Positions 26,101 through 39,420 of a stretch of 64,000 nt of DNA are shown here, in pieces. The stretch is from Hypanus sabinus. Lineage: Eukaryota. The notes under the pieces were generated by a model. It saw only the letters and a program-made list of their open reading frames with translations. It ran no database searches and had not been told where the DNA came from. The DNA lies in contig NC_082721.1 in the NCBI RefSeq assembly GCF_030144855.1, positions 44,020,001 to 44,084,000 of the forward strand. Direction: 5' to 3'. The translations under genes and the position numbers were made by a program. The first letter of the stretch is position 1. The number at the start of each line of letters is the position of its first letter.

Positions 26101-26946
26101 GGTATAAAATGTTTTCGTGATCTTCTTTTTGAAGGTAGTTTGATGTCTTTCGACCAACTTTCCAACAAATTTAAGTTACCTAAATTTAATTTTTTTAGAT
26201 ATCTACAAATCAGAAATTTTTTACATAAAGTTCTACCATCCTTTCCCAATTCAACTTTGATAGATTTTTCAGGTTTGACTTTTACCTTAAATCCTTGTCA
26301 GAAGGGATTAGTGACTATTATTTATAATATGATTATGAAGATACAACCAGAAATATCAGGTAGAATTAAACAAGAATGGGAAAAAGAACTTCAATATAAT
26401 ATATCAACAGAAAAATGGGAAAAAATTTTACAAATGGTTAGTTCTTCATCTATATGTGCTAAACATGCTTTAAAACAATTTAAAGTTGTACATAGAGCTC
26501 ATATGTCTAAAGATAAGCTTGCTCGATTCTATTCTCATATTAACCCTCAATGTGACAGATGTCATTCAGATGTGGCTTCATTGACCCACATGTTTTGGTC
26601 ATGTCCCACCTTATATAACTATTTGAAGGACATATATGCTACCATTTCCTCAATTTGGAATATTGATTTACAACCTCATTTTATTACTGCAATTTTTGAT
26701 ATACCAAATGAGGATGGTAATCGGTTTTCCCCTTCAATTAGACGAATGATCGCCTTTGTAACATTAATGGCCAGAAGGTCTATATTACAAAATTGGAAAG
26801 AAGTAAATCCTCCTACCATGTTTCAGTGGTTCTCTCAAACTATTTCTTATCTGAGCTTAGAAAAAATTAGAAGCACTATTTTTGACTCATCAATTAAATT
26901 TGAAGAAACTTGGGGACCATTCATTCGACACTTTCATATGAATTAA
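23170..26946 (+). pseudogene. L1 ORF2 (endonuclease-RT-zinc knuckle, disrupted)
   Basis: SWNTNGLNHPIK, GGDFN, YSRIDYF, SDHAP, SLDAEKAFDRVEW, GTRQGCPLSPLLF, LYADDLLLY, CDRC...HMFWSC; several stops and frameshifts. Confidence 0.9.
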
Positions 26947-28299
26947 TTTGGCCTCTTCCAGACCTTCTCTCTGTTTATTCTTGTTCTGGTATGGAGTTCC
27001 AGAGTTTTTGACACTATCATATACATATAAACTGTTATTATTGCCCATGTTAGTTTAGTTTAGTTTTTATTTTTTTTTCAATATATATTTTTTTCTTGCA
27101 TTTTTAATTTCTTTTTCTTTTGATGATCATTCTTACTCTTTTTCATGTATAATTATTTTTAGTTTGATTGATTAATGTACTATTTTTTGTTGATATTTTA
27201 ATAGGATATTGTTATCTTATTAATAATTCAACTTCAAGTCTAGTGCACTTATAACCTATTCATTATTATGTTATTTTTTTATATATGAAATTCAATAAAA
27301 AGATTGAAAAAGAAACTAGCCTAATTAACAGACGTTTTTTGTCATATAAACCAGCTGAACAAGTCTCTGCACTACTCTGTTTAAAACATTTGACATCAAG
27401 TGACAAGTTTCTTGGATTTCAAAGGGAAGTGAATCTTTGAAAGATCATGTTGAAAAATCATGAAACGTTTCCACTGCTACTTGGGCTTGAGCGTGAGGAA
27501 GGATCAGAAAGCCTTGTCTTATTGAAAACCACCTGGAAGAACTGCTGAGCAAAACTGAACATTATTTTCCCTCTCTTTCAACACTAGTGTGTGAGTGGGT
27601 GAGGGACCCTTCCTCTAAATCATCTGCTCAGCTTTGAACTTGACGTTGAGAGAAGAGGAACTTTGTGAGATGCAGTCTGTTTGAGCAGTCAAGGTAACCT
27701 GACACTGAAGAAGTTCTGGATTTCAGTGAAAGAACTGTATCCCGCAGACACCGGGAAACAATGGACATTTTGCTGCAGTTTTCAACTACTTATATGTATG
27801 AGCAAGCTTTTTCTTATTTATCAAGCATCAAGGACAAGGACTGAGATAATTTCATTCCTATTCAAGGTGAAATCCATGTGTGCTTATCTCAATTTCAACA
27901 CAGAATTCTGTATTTGTGTGCAAAAATATAAGGACAGGTTTCACATGCTAAGCCTATATTTCAGACTGAGCATGTCTTTTATGAGAAAATGTTTCTTTCA
28001 ATAACTTGAATAAAACTGTCTTATGCTATATTTTCATTCATATTGTTTTGGCTTATGGTTTTTAGTAATTTTAATATTTAACATGATTTAAGCAGCATTT
28101 ATTAAAATCAATTTTAAACCTTTTAATTTCAGAACCTTTCAATTAATTAAGGAATTTACAAAATTAAAGCAGTTACAGAAAAGAGACCACCTGGCCTACC
28201 TGAAATTCAGTCTATTGTCATCTTGAATTTGTCAGTTTTTTTGGTCTATTAGTACGATAAGTGTTCTTGGCCCATTCACACCAGTGTCACCATTTCTCC

Positions 28300-29240
28300 A
28301 GTACCAACTTGACCGCAAGCAGCTCTCTATTTCTAATGTTGTTGTTCCCCTTTGCAGGGATAGTCAGCTGGAAAAGAACACACATGGGTGCAGTTTATTA
28401 CTCGAAGGTGTCCTTGAGACAACATGCACCCACTCCAAGTTCAGAGATGGGGTCAATGTACACAGTCCTCATGGCATCTATAAATTCCTCCAAATCAGAG
28501 CAAATCTCCGACCTTGGCTCCCACTGCGCGGTGGCCCATGTCAGGGCTCTCCTGGTCAGGTGAGAGAGATAATGAAGGCCACGTTTCCACGCTCCGCATG
28601 GAACCAGGCCTAGTGGAATTCGAGCACCAACAAATATGGTGTAAGGAGCCGTGGCAAATTCCCGAGTTACAGCGCAATATTCTCTGTGGTCAGAAGATGA
28701 GCTGGCTCCACAGAGCAACCAACATCCCCACCCGAGCAACTCCGGCTTCCTCCCTGCTATAGTTGGCACACGGTGACCTGGAGGTCGTCTATCCCCAGGT
28801 GCGATCTTGAAATTTTCTTGCTGTTGCTGGCCACAGCTGATGAATGACTCTGATACCCCACTGGGTCCATGTTGCCTCAATCGCACTCTGATGAGAGACC
28901 TTGAAGAGAACGTAGGATCATCCGTGACTCTGATCAAGACATGATATTAAACTGAACCTAGAACTAAGAACAAAACAAGGCACTTTCGGATAATCCACGT
29001 TAGCCTACATTTAAGCACTGGACCCCAGTTCACGTGCTCTTTAAATGTTAATTCCTGGTGCCAAAAGATGTCCGGTAATTTGTGGGGTGACCTGAATCTT
29101 CAATAGTGCTGCACCTGCTATCCATATTCCAGAGAGTTAGAGCACCTAAACTGAAGATATTGGGATGATATTGTTGTGTCATAACACATATAACAGGTTG
29201 ACCAGCGAGGTTCGAAAGTCTTTGGTTCAAGAGTGCAGTC
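28300..29240 (-). mobile_element. Ty3/Gypsy (sushi-like) gag relic
   Basis: ATGGACCCA start at 28870; LTRRALTWATAQWEPRSEICSDLEEFIDAMRTVY resembles the retrotransposon gag ALxWATAxWE motif. Confidence 0.65.
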
Positions 29241-31580
29241 ATGTCGGTTGGGGAGACTCCTCTTGATAAGCCTACAAGAGGAGAGACTGTACTTGATTTG
29301 GTATTGGAAAATGAATGTGGTCAGGTGTCAGATCTCTCAGTGGGAGAGCATTTTGGAGATAGTGATCATAATTCTACATCCTTTACAATAGCATTGGAGA
29401 GAGATAGGAACAGACATGTTAGAAAAGCATTTAATTGGAGTAAGTGGAATTATGAGGCTATCAGACAAGAAATTGGAAGCTGAAATTGGGAACAGATGTT
29501 CTCAGGAGAAAGCACGGAAGAAATGTGGCAAATGTCAAAGGGATATTTGTGTGCAGTTCTGCAGAGGTACATTCTAATGAGACAGGGATGTTATGGTAGG
29601 GTACAGGAGCCGTGGCGTACAAAGGCTGTAATAAATCTAGTCAAGAAGAAAAGAAAAGCTTACAAAAGGTTCGGACAGCTAGGTAATGTTAGAGATCTAC
29701 AAGATTATAAGGCTAACAGGAAGGAGCTTAAAAAGGAAATTAAGAGAGCCAGAAGGTGCCATGTAAAGGCCTTGGCAGACAGGATTAAGAAAAACCCCGA
29801 GGCATTCTACAAGTATGTAAAGATCAAGAGGATAAGATTTAAATGAATAGGACCTATCAAGTGTGACAGTGGGAAAGTGTGTCTGGAAACTGAGGTACCT
29901 AATGAATACTTTACTTTAGTATTCACTATTGAAAATGATCTTGGTGATTGTAGTGCTGACTTGCAGCAGACTGAAAAGTTTGAGCAGGTAGATATTAAGA
30001 AAGAGGATGTGCTGGAGCTTTTGAAAAGCATCAAGTTGGATAAGGGGGGAAGACGAATGAGATGTACCACAGACCGCTCTGGGAGTCAAGGGAGGAGATT
30101 TCTGAGCACTTGGCGATTATCTTTGATTCATAAATCGGGACGGGAGAGGTTCTGGAGGATTGGAGGGTTTTGAATGTTGTTCCTTTATGCAAGAAAGGGA
30201 AATCATAGACCTGTGAGTCTTACTTCAGTGGTTGATAAATTGATGGAGAAGATCCTGAGAGGCAGGATTTATGAGCATTTGGAGAGGCATAATATGATTA
30301 AGAATAGTAAGCATGGTGTTGTCAAGGGCTGCTCATGCCTAATGATCGTGATTGAATTTTTTGAGGATGGGACTAAACACATTGATGAAGGAAGACCAGT
30401 AGTTGTGGTGTATATGGTTTTCAGCAAGGCTTTTGATAAGATACCCTAGGCAAGGCTTATTGAGAAAGTAAGGAGGCATGGGATCCAATAGAACATTGCA
30501 TTGTGGTCCAGAACTGGCTTGTCCACAGAAGGCAAAGTCTGTTGTATCCCAGTCATATTCTGCATAGAGATCAGAGACAAGTGGTGAGACATGGGGATCT
30601 GTTCTAGGATCCTTACTCTTTGTGATTTTTATAAATGACCTGGATGAAGAAGTGGAGGGATGGGTTAGTAAGTTTACTGATGACACAATGGTTGGAGGTG
30701 TTGTGGATAGTGTGGAGGGCTATCAGATGTTATAGTGGGACATTGATAGGATGCAAAACTGGACTGAGAAGTAGCAAATGGAGTTCAACCAAAATAAATG
30801 TGTATTGGTTCATTTTGGTAGTTCAAATATGATGGCAGCATATAGTATTAATTGTAAGACCCTTGGCAGTGTGGAAGATCAGAGAGATCTTGGGGTCTGA
30901 GTCAATAGGATGCTCAAACTAACTGTGCAGGTTGATTCTGTAGTTAAGAAGGCATGCGGTGTATTGACTTTCATTAATCATGGAATTGAAATTAGGAGCC
31001 GAGAGGTAATGTTGCTGCTGTAAAGGATCCTGGTCAGACTCAATTCGGAGTACTGTATCCAGTTCTGATCGCCTCACTATGGGAAGGATGTAGATACCAT
31101 AGGAAGAATGTGGAGGAAATTTACAAGGTTGTTGCCTGGATTGCAGAACATGCCTTATGAAAACATTTTGAGTGCATTTGGCCTTTCCTCCTTAGAGTGA
31201 CATAGGATGCGAGGTGAACTAATAGAGGTGTATAAGATGATGAGAGACATTGATTGTGTGGATAGTCAGAGACTTTTTCCCAGGGCTGAAATGGTTGCCA
31301 CAAGAGGAAACAGTTTTAAGATGCTAGGGAGTAGGTACAGAGGGGATGTCATGGGTAGGTTTTCTTTACTCAGAGAATGGTGAGTGCAGGAATGTGCTGC
31401 TGGCAATGGTGGTGGAGACAGATATGATAGGGTCTTTAAAGAGACTTTTGGATAGGTACATGGAGCTTGGGAAAATAGAGAGCTATAGGTAAGCCTAGTA
31501 ATTCCTAAGGTAGGGAAAGGATTGGCACAAATCTGTGGGCTGAAGGGCCTGTATTGTGCTGCAGGTTTTCTATGTTTCTT
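29241..31580 (+). mobile_element. CR1 LINE relic
   Basis: PTRGETVLDLVL, HFGDSDHNS, NHRPVSLTSVVDKLME, FSKAFDKIP; 3' end AAGGGCCTGTATTGTGCTGCAGGTTTTCTATGTTTCT. Confidence 0.85.
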
Positions 31581-32022
31581 CCTATTTGTTCTGTGTATCA
31601 TCTCCACTCCCTCACGAAGGTCATAGGGAGTGAGATGCAACAGAAAAACAAGACAGATTGAGAAAAGTGAGATTGTAACTTGGATGAGCTCAAGATGATT
31701 TTTCTGTCAAATGTTTCTGGAGCAAATGTGATATGGAGATTAATTTAATTGCAAACCAAATTTGCGGAGATAGTTATATAGACTCTTTTGTGGATGAACT
31801 CAAAGGGATTTCTGTACAATGAAGATCATATACCCTGTGTCTCTGAATGAATGAAGAAATTTCACACTGAATTGGGGAGCATTTGGGGCCACTGTTAGAG
31901 GTGGCTGATAAGGACCATGCGTTAACTATCCTGAGGTAGAGAGCTTGGAGACCCCTCTCTAATTAGAGGTTCAAACTTGTTTTTGTGATAATTTGTGTAC
32001 ATGAACAGATTAATGAAAATAT

Positions 32023-35000
32023 TGGAGATCTCTTGGGGCACTAGATGGAATAGGTCGTATTGTGGCTTTGCTCCATTCATTTTTCAATTTTTTTTACCAC
32101 CCTTTCCCTATTTATAATAAAGTGTTTATAACACTTATAGGTGCCTGAACTTCGAATTTTAAACACTGAAACTGAATACCAGAGGGCAAAAGGCATCAGT
32201 AATGGAAGTGGAAGGAACGAAAGAGATCCTAAACTACTTGAAGAATCTCCACTCTCTTTGGAAGCTATGTCGAAACTTCTGGATGATAAATTCAATAAAA
32301 AAATTGTCTAATTTGGTAGTACTTTTAAGGGACATTGAAAGCAAACTGGGAGCTCTTATGCAGGACAGTGTAAAACAACAACGGCAAATAGCTGAACTCA
32401 ATGAAACTGGAATTCAGAGAGATCACAGAGGGATGCATTGGAAAATAAATTAAATTTGACTGCTCAGACACTGGAACAGTATAAACTCAAGATTACTGAC
32501 CTGGAAAGTCACAGTTGTAGACAGAACCTGTGCATAAAAAGACTCCGTGAATATGTTGAGAGTGGTGAGCTTACTAAATTTTTCTCTCAATTCTTAATGG
32601 ACATGTTTGGCTCTGAAGGTGTCTCTACTATTCCTATATTGGATTGCGCGCATCATGCTCTGTAATCTAAATCCCCTAAAGAGGGGGAACCCGATTCTAC
32701 TATGTGCAAACCAAGGAGCATTTAAATCAAATTGTCCCTTGGAAAAGGGTCATGGTACACGGGGAACTCAAGTTTCTACTGGTTGGTCTATAGTCCCAAG
32801 GTGATGCGAGAAAGATTACTTTTTAAACCAGTGATATCTGTGCTTTATCAAAGAATATTTCAACCAACTCTGTTATTTCCAACCTGTTTAAGGGTTATTC
32901 TGCCTGACAAATCATGTAAATGGTTTAAATCCATGGAAGAAGCTGAACAATTCCTTGACGACCGACGTTCGATCCCAGCTGTCTAATAAACTGAATGCTC
33001 CTCGTTTCTGTACTCATTTGCTTTATAAGTTGATGATTAGTTCACAGATTTAGTCTTTTGAAATGTGCAGATTGTTGCCATTGGTTTGATAACGCTCGTA
33101 TTGTCTTTTGGAGTATGGATGTTTATTATGCTTTTATGCTTCAGTTCCTTTTTTTTCTTTTGTTACTTTAATATTTTCAATTGTTCATCTTTTGAAAATA
33201 ATTAAATTGATTTGATGAATGACTGTTTTTTTCTCTGAAATATTAATAAGATTGTATTCTGGAATTGTTTATAGCATTCCCTTCTCAATGTTTTGACTAA
33301 GGTGGAAGTCCACATTTTTCCCCAATTTTTTTTGTGTCTGTATTCATTTGCTTATACACTAATATCCAATTTATAGATCTGACTGTTAGAGTTTGAAGCT
33401 TTTTTTCTGATCTGGTGACTGGATATTTCGCTTTTTTAAGATTTTGCTTCTCAAAATGTTTTGCAAATATGGCATTCCTTTTTCAATGTTTTGACTGGGT
33501 GGTATCTTACATCATTTTTCTTTCAATTTTGGAGACTTGCCATCAAGAGATTGGGGGTAGGGGAGGTACTAGTTAGCTTTCTGGCAGTCTATTGGCCAGT
33601 TTTCAGATTTTGTGCGTAAGGGTGGGGCTATCTTTAGTTTAGATTTTTTTACATCTGGGCTGAACTAAAACCACAAATTTGGCTGAATGTTTGGAACTTC
33701 CGATTCCCTGTTATATCTTTTTCACTCTTCCTGATTCATAAGTTTCCTATGCAGGAAGGTTTACCCTTTACATACCATATAATTTATTCAAATAAAACAG
33801 ATAATATTGCTAACTTTGTCTCATGGAATATGATTGGTTTGAATCAACCAATTAAATGGAAGAAGATTTTTAAAGTTTTTAATTGATTGAATGCTTGGAT
33901 TATCTTTGCCCAGGAAACTCACGTGAGGAAGAAGGATAATCAGCATTTCTTTAGGTTTTGGAAGTGATAGCGATTTCATTCTAATTCACAGGCTAAAGTG
34001 CAAGGTCTATCTATTTTTGTAGACACCTCGATTTCATTTTTTCACTATGAAACAATCTCAGACCGGAATTGTAGATCAATATTAATTACCAGATTACTTT
34101 ATAACCAAAAAGTTGTTATGGTTAATGCCTATGCACCAAATGTAGACTATCCTGAATTCTTTAAACATTTATTTGCATTTCTTCCTAACTTAAATGAATA
34201 TATGTTGATAATGGACTGAGATTTTAACTGTTGTCTGAATCCTTCAATGGACAGATCTACGGACGGCCAGGTACCTCCAAACAAATATGCTATTCTTATT
34301 GAATTATTTTTAGTTGACTCCAGAATTTTAGATATTTGGAGGTTTTTACACCCTAATGATAAAAAAGTTCTCCTTCTTTTCTCAAGTATATCATAAATAT
34401 TCTAGAATTGACTAGTTTATTATTGACTCTCTGTTAGTTCCATCTGTTACTGCCTGTGAGTATAATGCTATCGCTGTTTCGGATCTTATGGTCGTGAAAC
34501 TCTGAATCAAAGTAACTGATGTAACTTCTAGTACTAGGCAATGGCGGTTCAATTCTACTCTACATCAGGATTTAAACTTTGTTAACTTTATTAAAGAGCA
34601 GCTTCCTTTTTCTTTTCAACTAATTTTACGGAAGAAATTTCCAGTGGGATATTATGAGATACTTTTAAAGCCTACATTCTTGGTCACATTATATTATATT
34701 CTGCTGGATTGAAAAAATGAATTAATAATGAAATACGTACTTTGGTTGATAAGATTAAAGAAATTGATAAAAAAAATTCTGTTGCTCCTAATCTGGAGCT
34801 CTATAAAAAGTGAGTTGAACTTCAAATGCAACATAGTTTGTTATTAAACATCCCCAATTGAAAATCAATGACTTTATAAGTAATACGAGTCATTTTTAAA
34901 TAAATAGTGATAAATCGGGTAAATTATTGGCCAATCAATTGAAAATTGCTTCGGCTAAATGTCAGATTACTAAAGTTGGTAAACGGGATTGTAGTTTGAT

Positions 35001-37893
35001 GGTTGACCATGACGAAATTAATAAATCTTTTCAAGAATTCTAAACCACTTTATATGAATCAGAATTTCCTGATGATTCTATCATAATGCATGAATATTTA
35101 AGTAAATTGAATATTCCAAAATTAGCACTTAATGAACATTTATTATTATATGCACCCATCGTGGAAGAATAAATGAAGAAAGCTATTTCTTTGATGAATT
35201 CTGGTAATGCATCTGGTTCGGATGGGTGTACACTAGAATTTTTCAAATCTTTTTCAAATCCACTTTCTCCTTGGTTATGTAGAATGCTTAAGGATGTTTT
35301 ATCTGCATGTAAATTACCAGAATCCTTTTATAAAGTATCTATTTCTTCAATTCCTAAAAAATATAAAGACCTCACTGAAAGCGCATCATATAGACCTTTA
35401 TCCTTGTTGAATGTGGACTCCAAAATCTTTTCCAAAATATTGGCAATTAGATTGGAAACTATATTGCCACAAATTGTCTCTGATGACCAGACAGGAGTTA
35501 TTAAAAATCGTTATTGCTATTTTAACGTTAGGAGGTTAATGAATATTGTTTATACTCCTTCATCTGAAACTCTAGAATGTGTTATTTTGCATGACGCTGA
35601 GAAGGCGTTTGATAGAGTTGAATGGGATAATTTATTTAATATGCTTAAGAAATTTAATTTTAGCCCAAAGTTTATGTTTTGGAATAAATTGATATATTAT
35701 ATAGTATTGGCTTCTGTACTTAGAGATTTCCCTTTTATGGGCATTTTCGAGGTACCAGACAGGGCTGTCCTTTAAGTCCCTTACTATATGATATTGCCTT
35801 GGAGTCCTTGGCAATCGCTCTTCATGATTTACCCAATATATTTGGCATTATTCGTGGGAATGAGATACATAAGGTATCCCTATATGCAGATGACCTGTTA
35901 TTATATATCTCAAACATAGAGAAATCCATCCCTGCTATAATATTACTCCTTGCTCAGTTTAGTACTTTTTCTGATTATAAATTGAATCAATGAGTGAACT
36001 TTTCTCATCAAATATGCAAGCTCCAGTCTATAGATAATCACCATTCAGACTGGTTACTGATTACTTTACTGATTCATTAAAATTATTATGAAGCATAAAG
36101 ATCTATTTAAAGTTAACTTTTTACCCTTAATTGATCATGTTAAACAACTGCTTACTATATGGTCCCCATTGTCCTTATCGTTGATTGGTAGAATTAATAC
36201 TATTAAGATGATTATTTTACCAAAATTTTTGTATCTATTTCAGGCAGTAACAATTTTAATTTCTAAATCCTTTATTGATATTATTGACTCTAAAATTTCT
36301 TCACATATATGGCAGAATAAAAATCCTAGATTAAGTAAGAAATATTTACAAAAATCAAAAAAGGAGGGCAGTTAGAGAATACTGAATTTTAGGTTCTATT
36401 ATTAGGCAATTAATATTCAATATTAATGTCTTGGACACAAGATCTGGATGAAATTCATTGCCCATGATGGGTGAACCACGAGCGCAAGTCTGCACAGAGG
36501 TTTTTATTGGCTTCAATCTTAGGGGCCTTGCTTCCCTTTGCACTTAGTAAACTGAATAAACAAATGACTAATCCAATAACTAAACATACAAGATGAATAT
36601 GTTTTTTTTAGTTTTGTAATTATTTTGGATTGAATAAATTTATCCTATCAAGTCCTATTATATCTAATTTTTTTCTTCCAACCTTCCAGAATTGGTCATG
36701 CTTTTTTTTTTATGGAGAACAAAGGGAATAACATGTTCTTGTGAATTACTCATGGATAACTCACTCATATCTTTTGAACAGCTGCTGAATACATATAATT
36801 TGCCTAAATCACATTTTATCAGATACTTACAGATAAGAAACTTTTTGAATATTATGTTACTTACTTTTTGGTATCACATCAAAGTGAAATTACAGGAAAA
36901 GATGTAGGTTTAAATCCCTATCAGGAGAGTTTAATAGCAATTATTTATGATCTGATTACAAAAATACATTTAGGTATATCTGATAAAATTAAGAATGAAT
37001 GAGAAAGAGAACTTCAAGTACCTTTACTTATCGAGAAATGGGAGAAAATTCTCCAACTAGTTAACACTATTTCAATGTGTGCTAGCCATGCCTTGATATA
37101 ATTTAAGGTGGTTCATAGGGCCCATATGTCCAAGGTCAAGTTAGCTCATGTTTATTGCCATACAAATGCTGTCTGTGACAGGTGTAAGTCTGAGATAGCT
37201 TCTTTGAACCAAATATTCTGGTCTTGTCCTCTTTAGAAAAAAAATATTGGAAAGATATTTTTGATACTATTTCAATAGTTTTGCATCTTGATTTACAACC
37301 TCATCGTATTACCGCAATTTTTGGATTACCAATGATGGACCCTAATCAATTATCCCCTTCAGCTTGCCATTTGATTGCATTTGCTACATTAATAGCCAGA
37401 AGATCCATTTTATTTAAATGGAAAGATTCAATGTTTTTCCCAAACTATAAAATGATTAAACTTGGAAAAAATTAAGAGTGGCACTATCGACCCTTCAGTT
37501 AAATTTGAAGAAAATTGGAGACCATTTATTGAACATTTTCATGTGATATAAGCTGATCTTTCCCAAATCCTTCTCAATAACTTTTTGTTTGTGTACGGAG
37601 AAGTGGATTTAATGACAAATAACAATTATAGCTGATGAAACTAGGCAGCCCAGCTTTTGTTTTGTTTTGTTTATTTTATTTTTTTTGTTATTTTAAGGTT
37701 TTTTTGTAAGAATATTTTTTCCTTAAAACATTTTCATGTTTAGTTAATAAGAGATTGGAAGGCTCATATTACATATGTTACTCAGAGTCTATTTATGTAT
37801 ACATTAACCATTATTAAAGTAATCCTGATCTCTTTGTATCACTATCATTGTTATTTATATTGATTTGAAACTTAATAAAAAAGATCGGTAAAT
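32023..37893 (+). mobile_element. Second full-length, more decayed L1 with 14-bp TSD
   Basis: TSD ATTAATGAAAATAT at 32009-32022 and 37894-37907; ORF1 remnants 32240-32986; ORF2 remnants (DAEKAFDRVEW, LYADDLLLY); AATAAA at about 37874. Confidence 0.85.
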
Positions 37894-37949
37894 ATTAATG
37901 AAAATATAGTACTGCTGCTGAGGATGTTCTTGGACAATGCAGGACTGAA

Positions 37950-38730
37950 TGTTCTTGGATATATTAAGAATTCCAAGGGGATCTAGAGCATCAAGTAAAT
38001 AGGCACAAAACTGGCAAATGGCATTCTGGCTAGGTAAGTGCAATGGGTTGAAGTTTGGGAAGGCAAAACAGTGTAATACGATCATAGTAAATGTTAAGAC
38101 CCTGGGGAGTTTTGTAAAACAAAGGGATGTAGGAGTGCTAGTACATTGTTCCTTGAATGTATTGTCACAGAAGGACAGTATGCTATGCTGACAAAAACTA
38201 TTTGGCATATCAACCTTTATCAGTCAGCATATGATTATAGTGCAGTTGTATGACATAATAGTGCGGCAACACCTGCGGCATTTGTATAGTTTCCATCCTT
38301 CTGTTGGAGCAAAGTCATTAAGCTGGAAAGGGAGCATACAGAGTGATTTTTCAGAATATTGCTATGACTGAGAGCCTGACTTACAGGAGATGTTGGACAT
38401 GCAATGACATTTTCCATGAATACAAAGAGACTGGAACAAAATGTAGAGGGGCAAAGACTGGATGAATGCACACAGTTCTTTTCCAAGTGAAAGTGAATTA
38501 AAAACTATAGGGTGTAGGTTTAAGGTGACAGAAAGAAACAGAGGAACCTCTGTCAGGTTATCTGGCAACTACAAGAATCCCAGAAAGTTCAGCAGTTTAA
38601 GTAAGACCAAAAATAATACAGGAATTAAGCGGGAAGAACTCAAACAAACTACACAGGAACTTGAAGATCTGAATCACGCATGATATTGAGAATAGTTGAT
38701 GGAGGTATATAAAATTAAGAGGGGTGTGGA
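37950..38730 (+). mobile_element. Old CR1 3' RT relic
   Basis: Degenerate CR1 RT C-terminal sequence (WQMxF, KCNGLKFGKA, RDVGVLVH, AFGISTFI). Confidence 0.55.
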
Positions 38731-38749
38731 TAAGACAACAACTACAATG

Positions 38750-39420
38750 CAAAAAAATTAAAAATGCAATGGTTATCGAATCAGTGCAAATTGAACAAAA
38801 GTGATAAATACACAGAGTGCTTCACAATCCCCATGATGGATACCAACAGGGACATATGCATCACAAAGCAAAAACCGAGAGCTACTCCAAAAACAAACAA
38901 AGTAGAAATGTAAGGTAAACAATCCAAGGATCTTTGCATGCTCATGAGCTTACATTGTGAAAATACAACCCACATCCTATGTGAAAAAAGTATATATATT
39001 TCGAATGGCTCCTGGTGTGACAGAACACCCCTTCCTAATCCGTCTCCTGGCAGTTTGGGGTGATTTGGGTAAAGCCAATGAAAATCAGTAATGAGATCAG
39101 GATGTAAAATGCCCCAGACTGGAACCCAACTCTCCTCTTCCAGGTCACAACTCTCCCAATCAACTAAACACTGGAAGGGCCCATTAACTTGAAAGGAGTC
39201 AAGCAATCTCTGGACAGTGTAAACAGGTGCTCCATCTATGATTGTGGGAGGAGGGAGAGGTTTAGGTATAGGGGCCAAAGGATGACAGATTCAGCATTTG
39301 AGTTCAGAAATGTGAAAAGCTGGATGGATTTGGTGATACCTGGGAAGCTGCAATCTATATATTACAGGATTGATTCTCCTAACAACCTTCTTAACAGAGC
39401 CCAATGAAGCCAAAAGCTTG
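38750..39420 (-). mobile_element. Chromoviral Gypsy 3' relic: chromodomain, PPT and LTR start
   Basis: PPPTIIDGAPVYTVQRLLDS...QCLVDWE...EEESWVP...ILHPDLITDFH; purine tract GGATTAGGAAGGGG then TGTCAC at 39022. Confidence 0.8.

Larger units (their letters stand above)
21242..27310 (+). mobile_element. Full-length L1 LINE with 12-bp TSD
   Basis: TSD AGAAACTAGCCT at 21230-21241 and 27311-27322; ORF1, T-rich spacer, ORF2, then AATAAA at about 27294. Confidence 0.92.
16990..28000 (+). mobile_element. hAT Buster/Charlie (ZBED5/FAM200-like) transposase relic split by nested insertions
   Basis: Colinear pieces: GFTWPGEPGCRIPLCLI...KLKRHLTTNH (17054-17430); PLSSSTIVHRID...KLKNNSFSIQV (20515-21240, ends EWPQKLA); resumes after the L1 TSD with INQLNKSL...KFWISVKE...QVSH (27323-27960). 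Confidence 0.85.
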
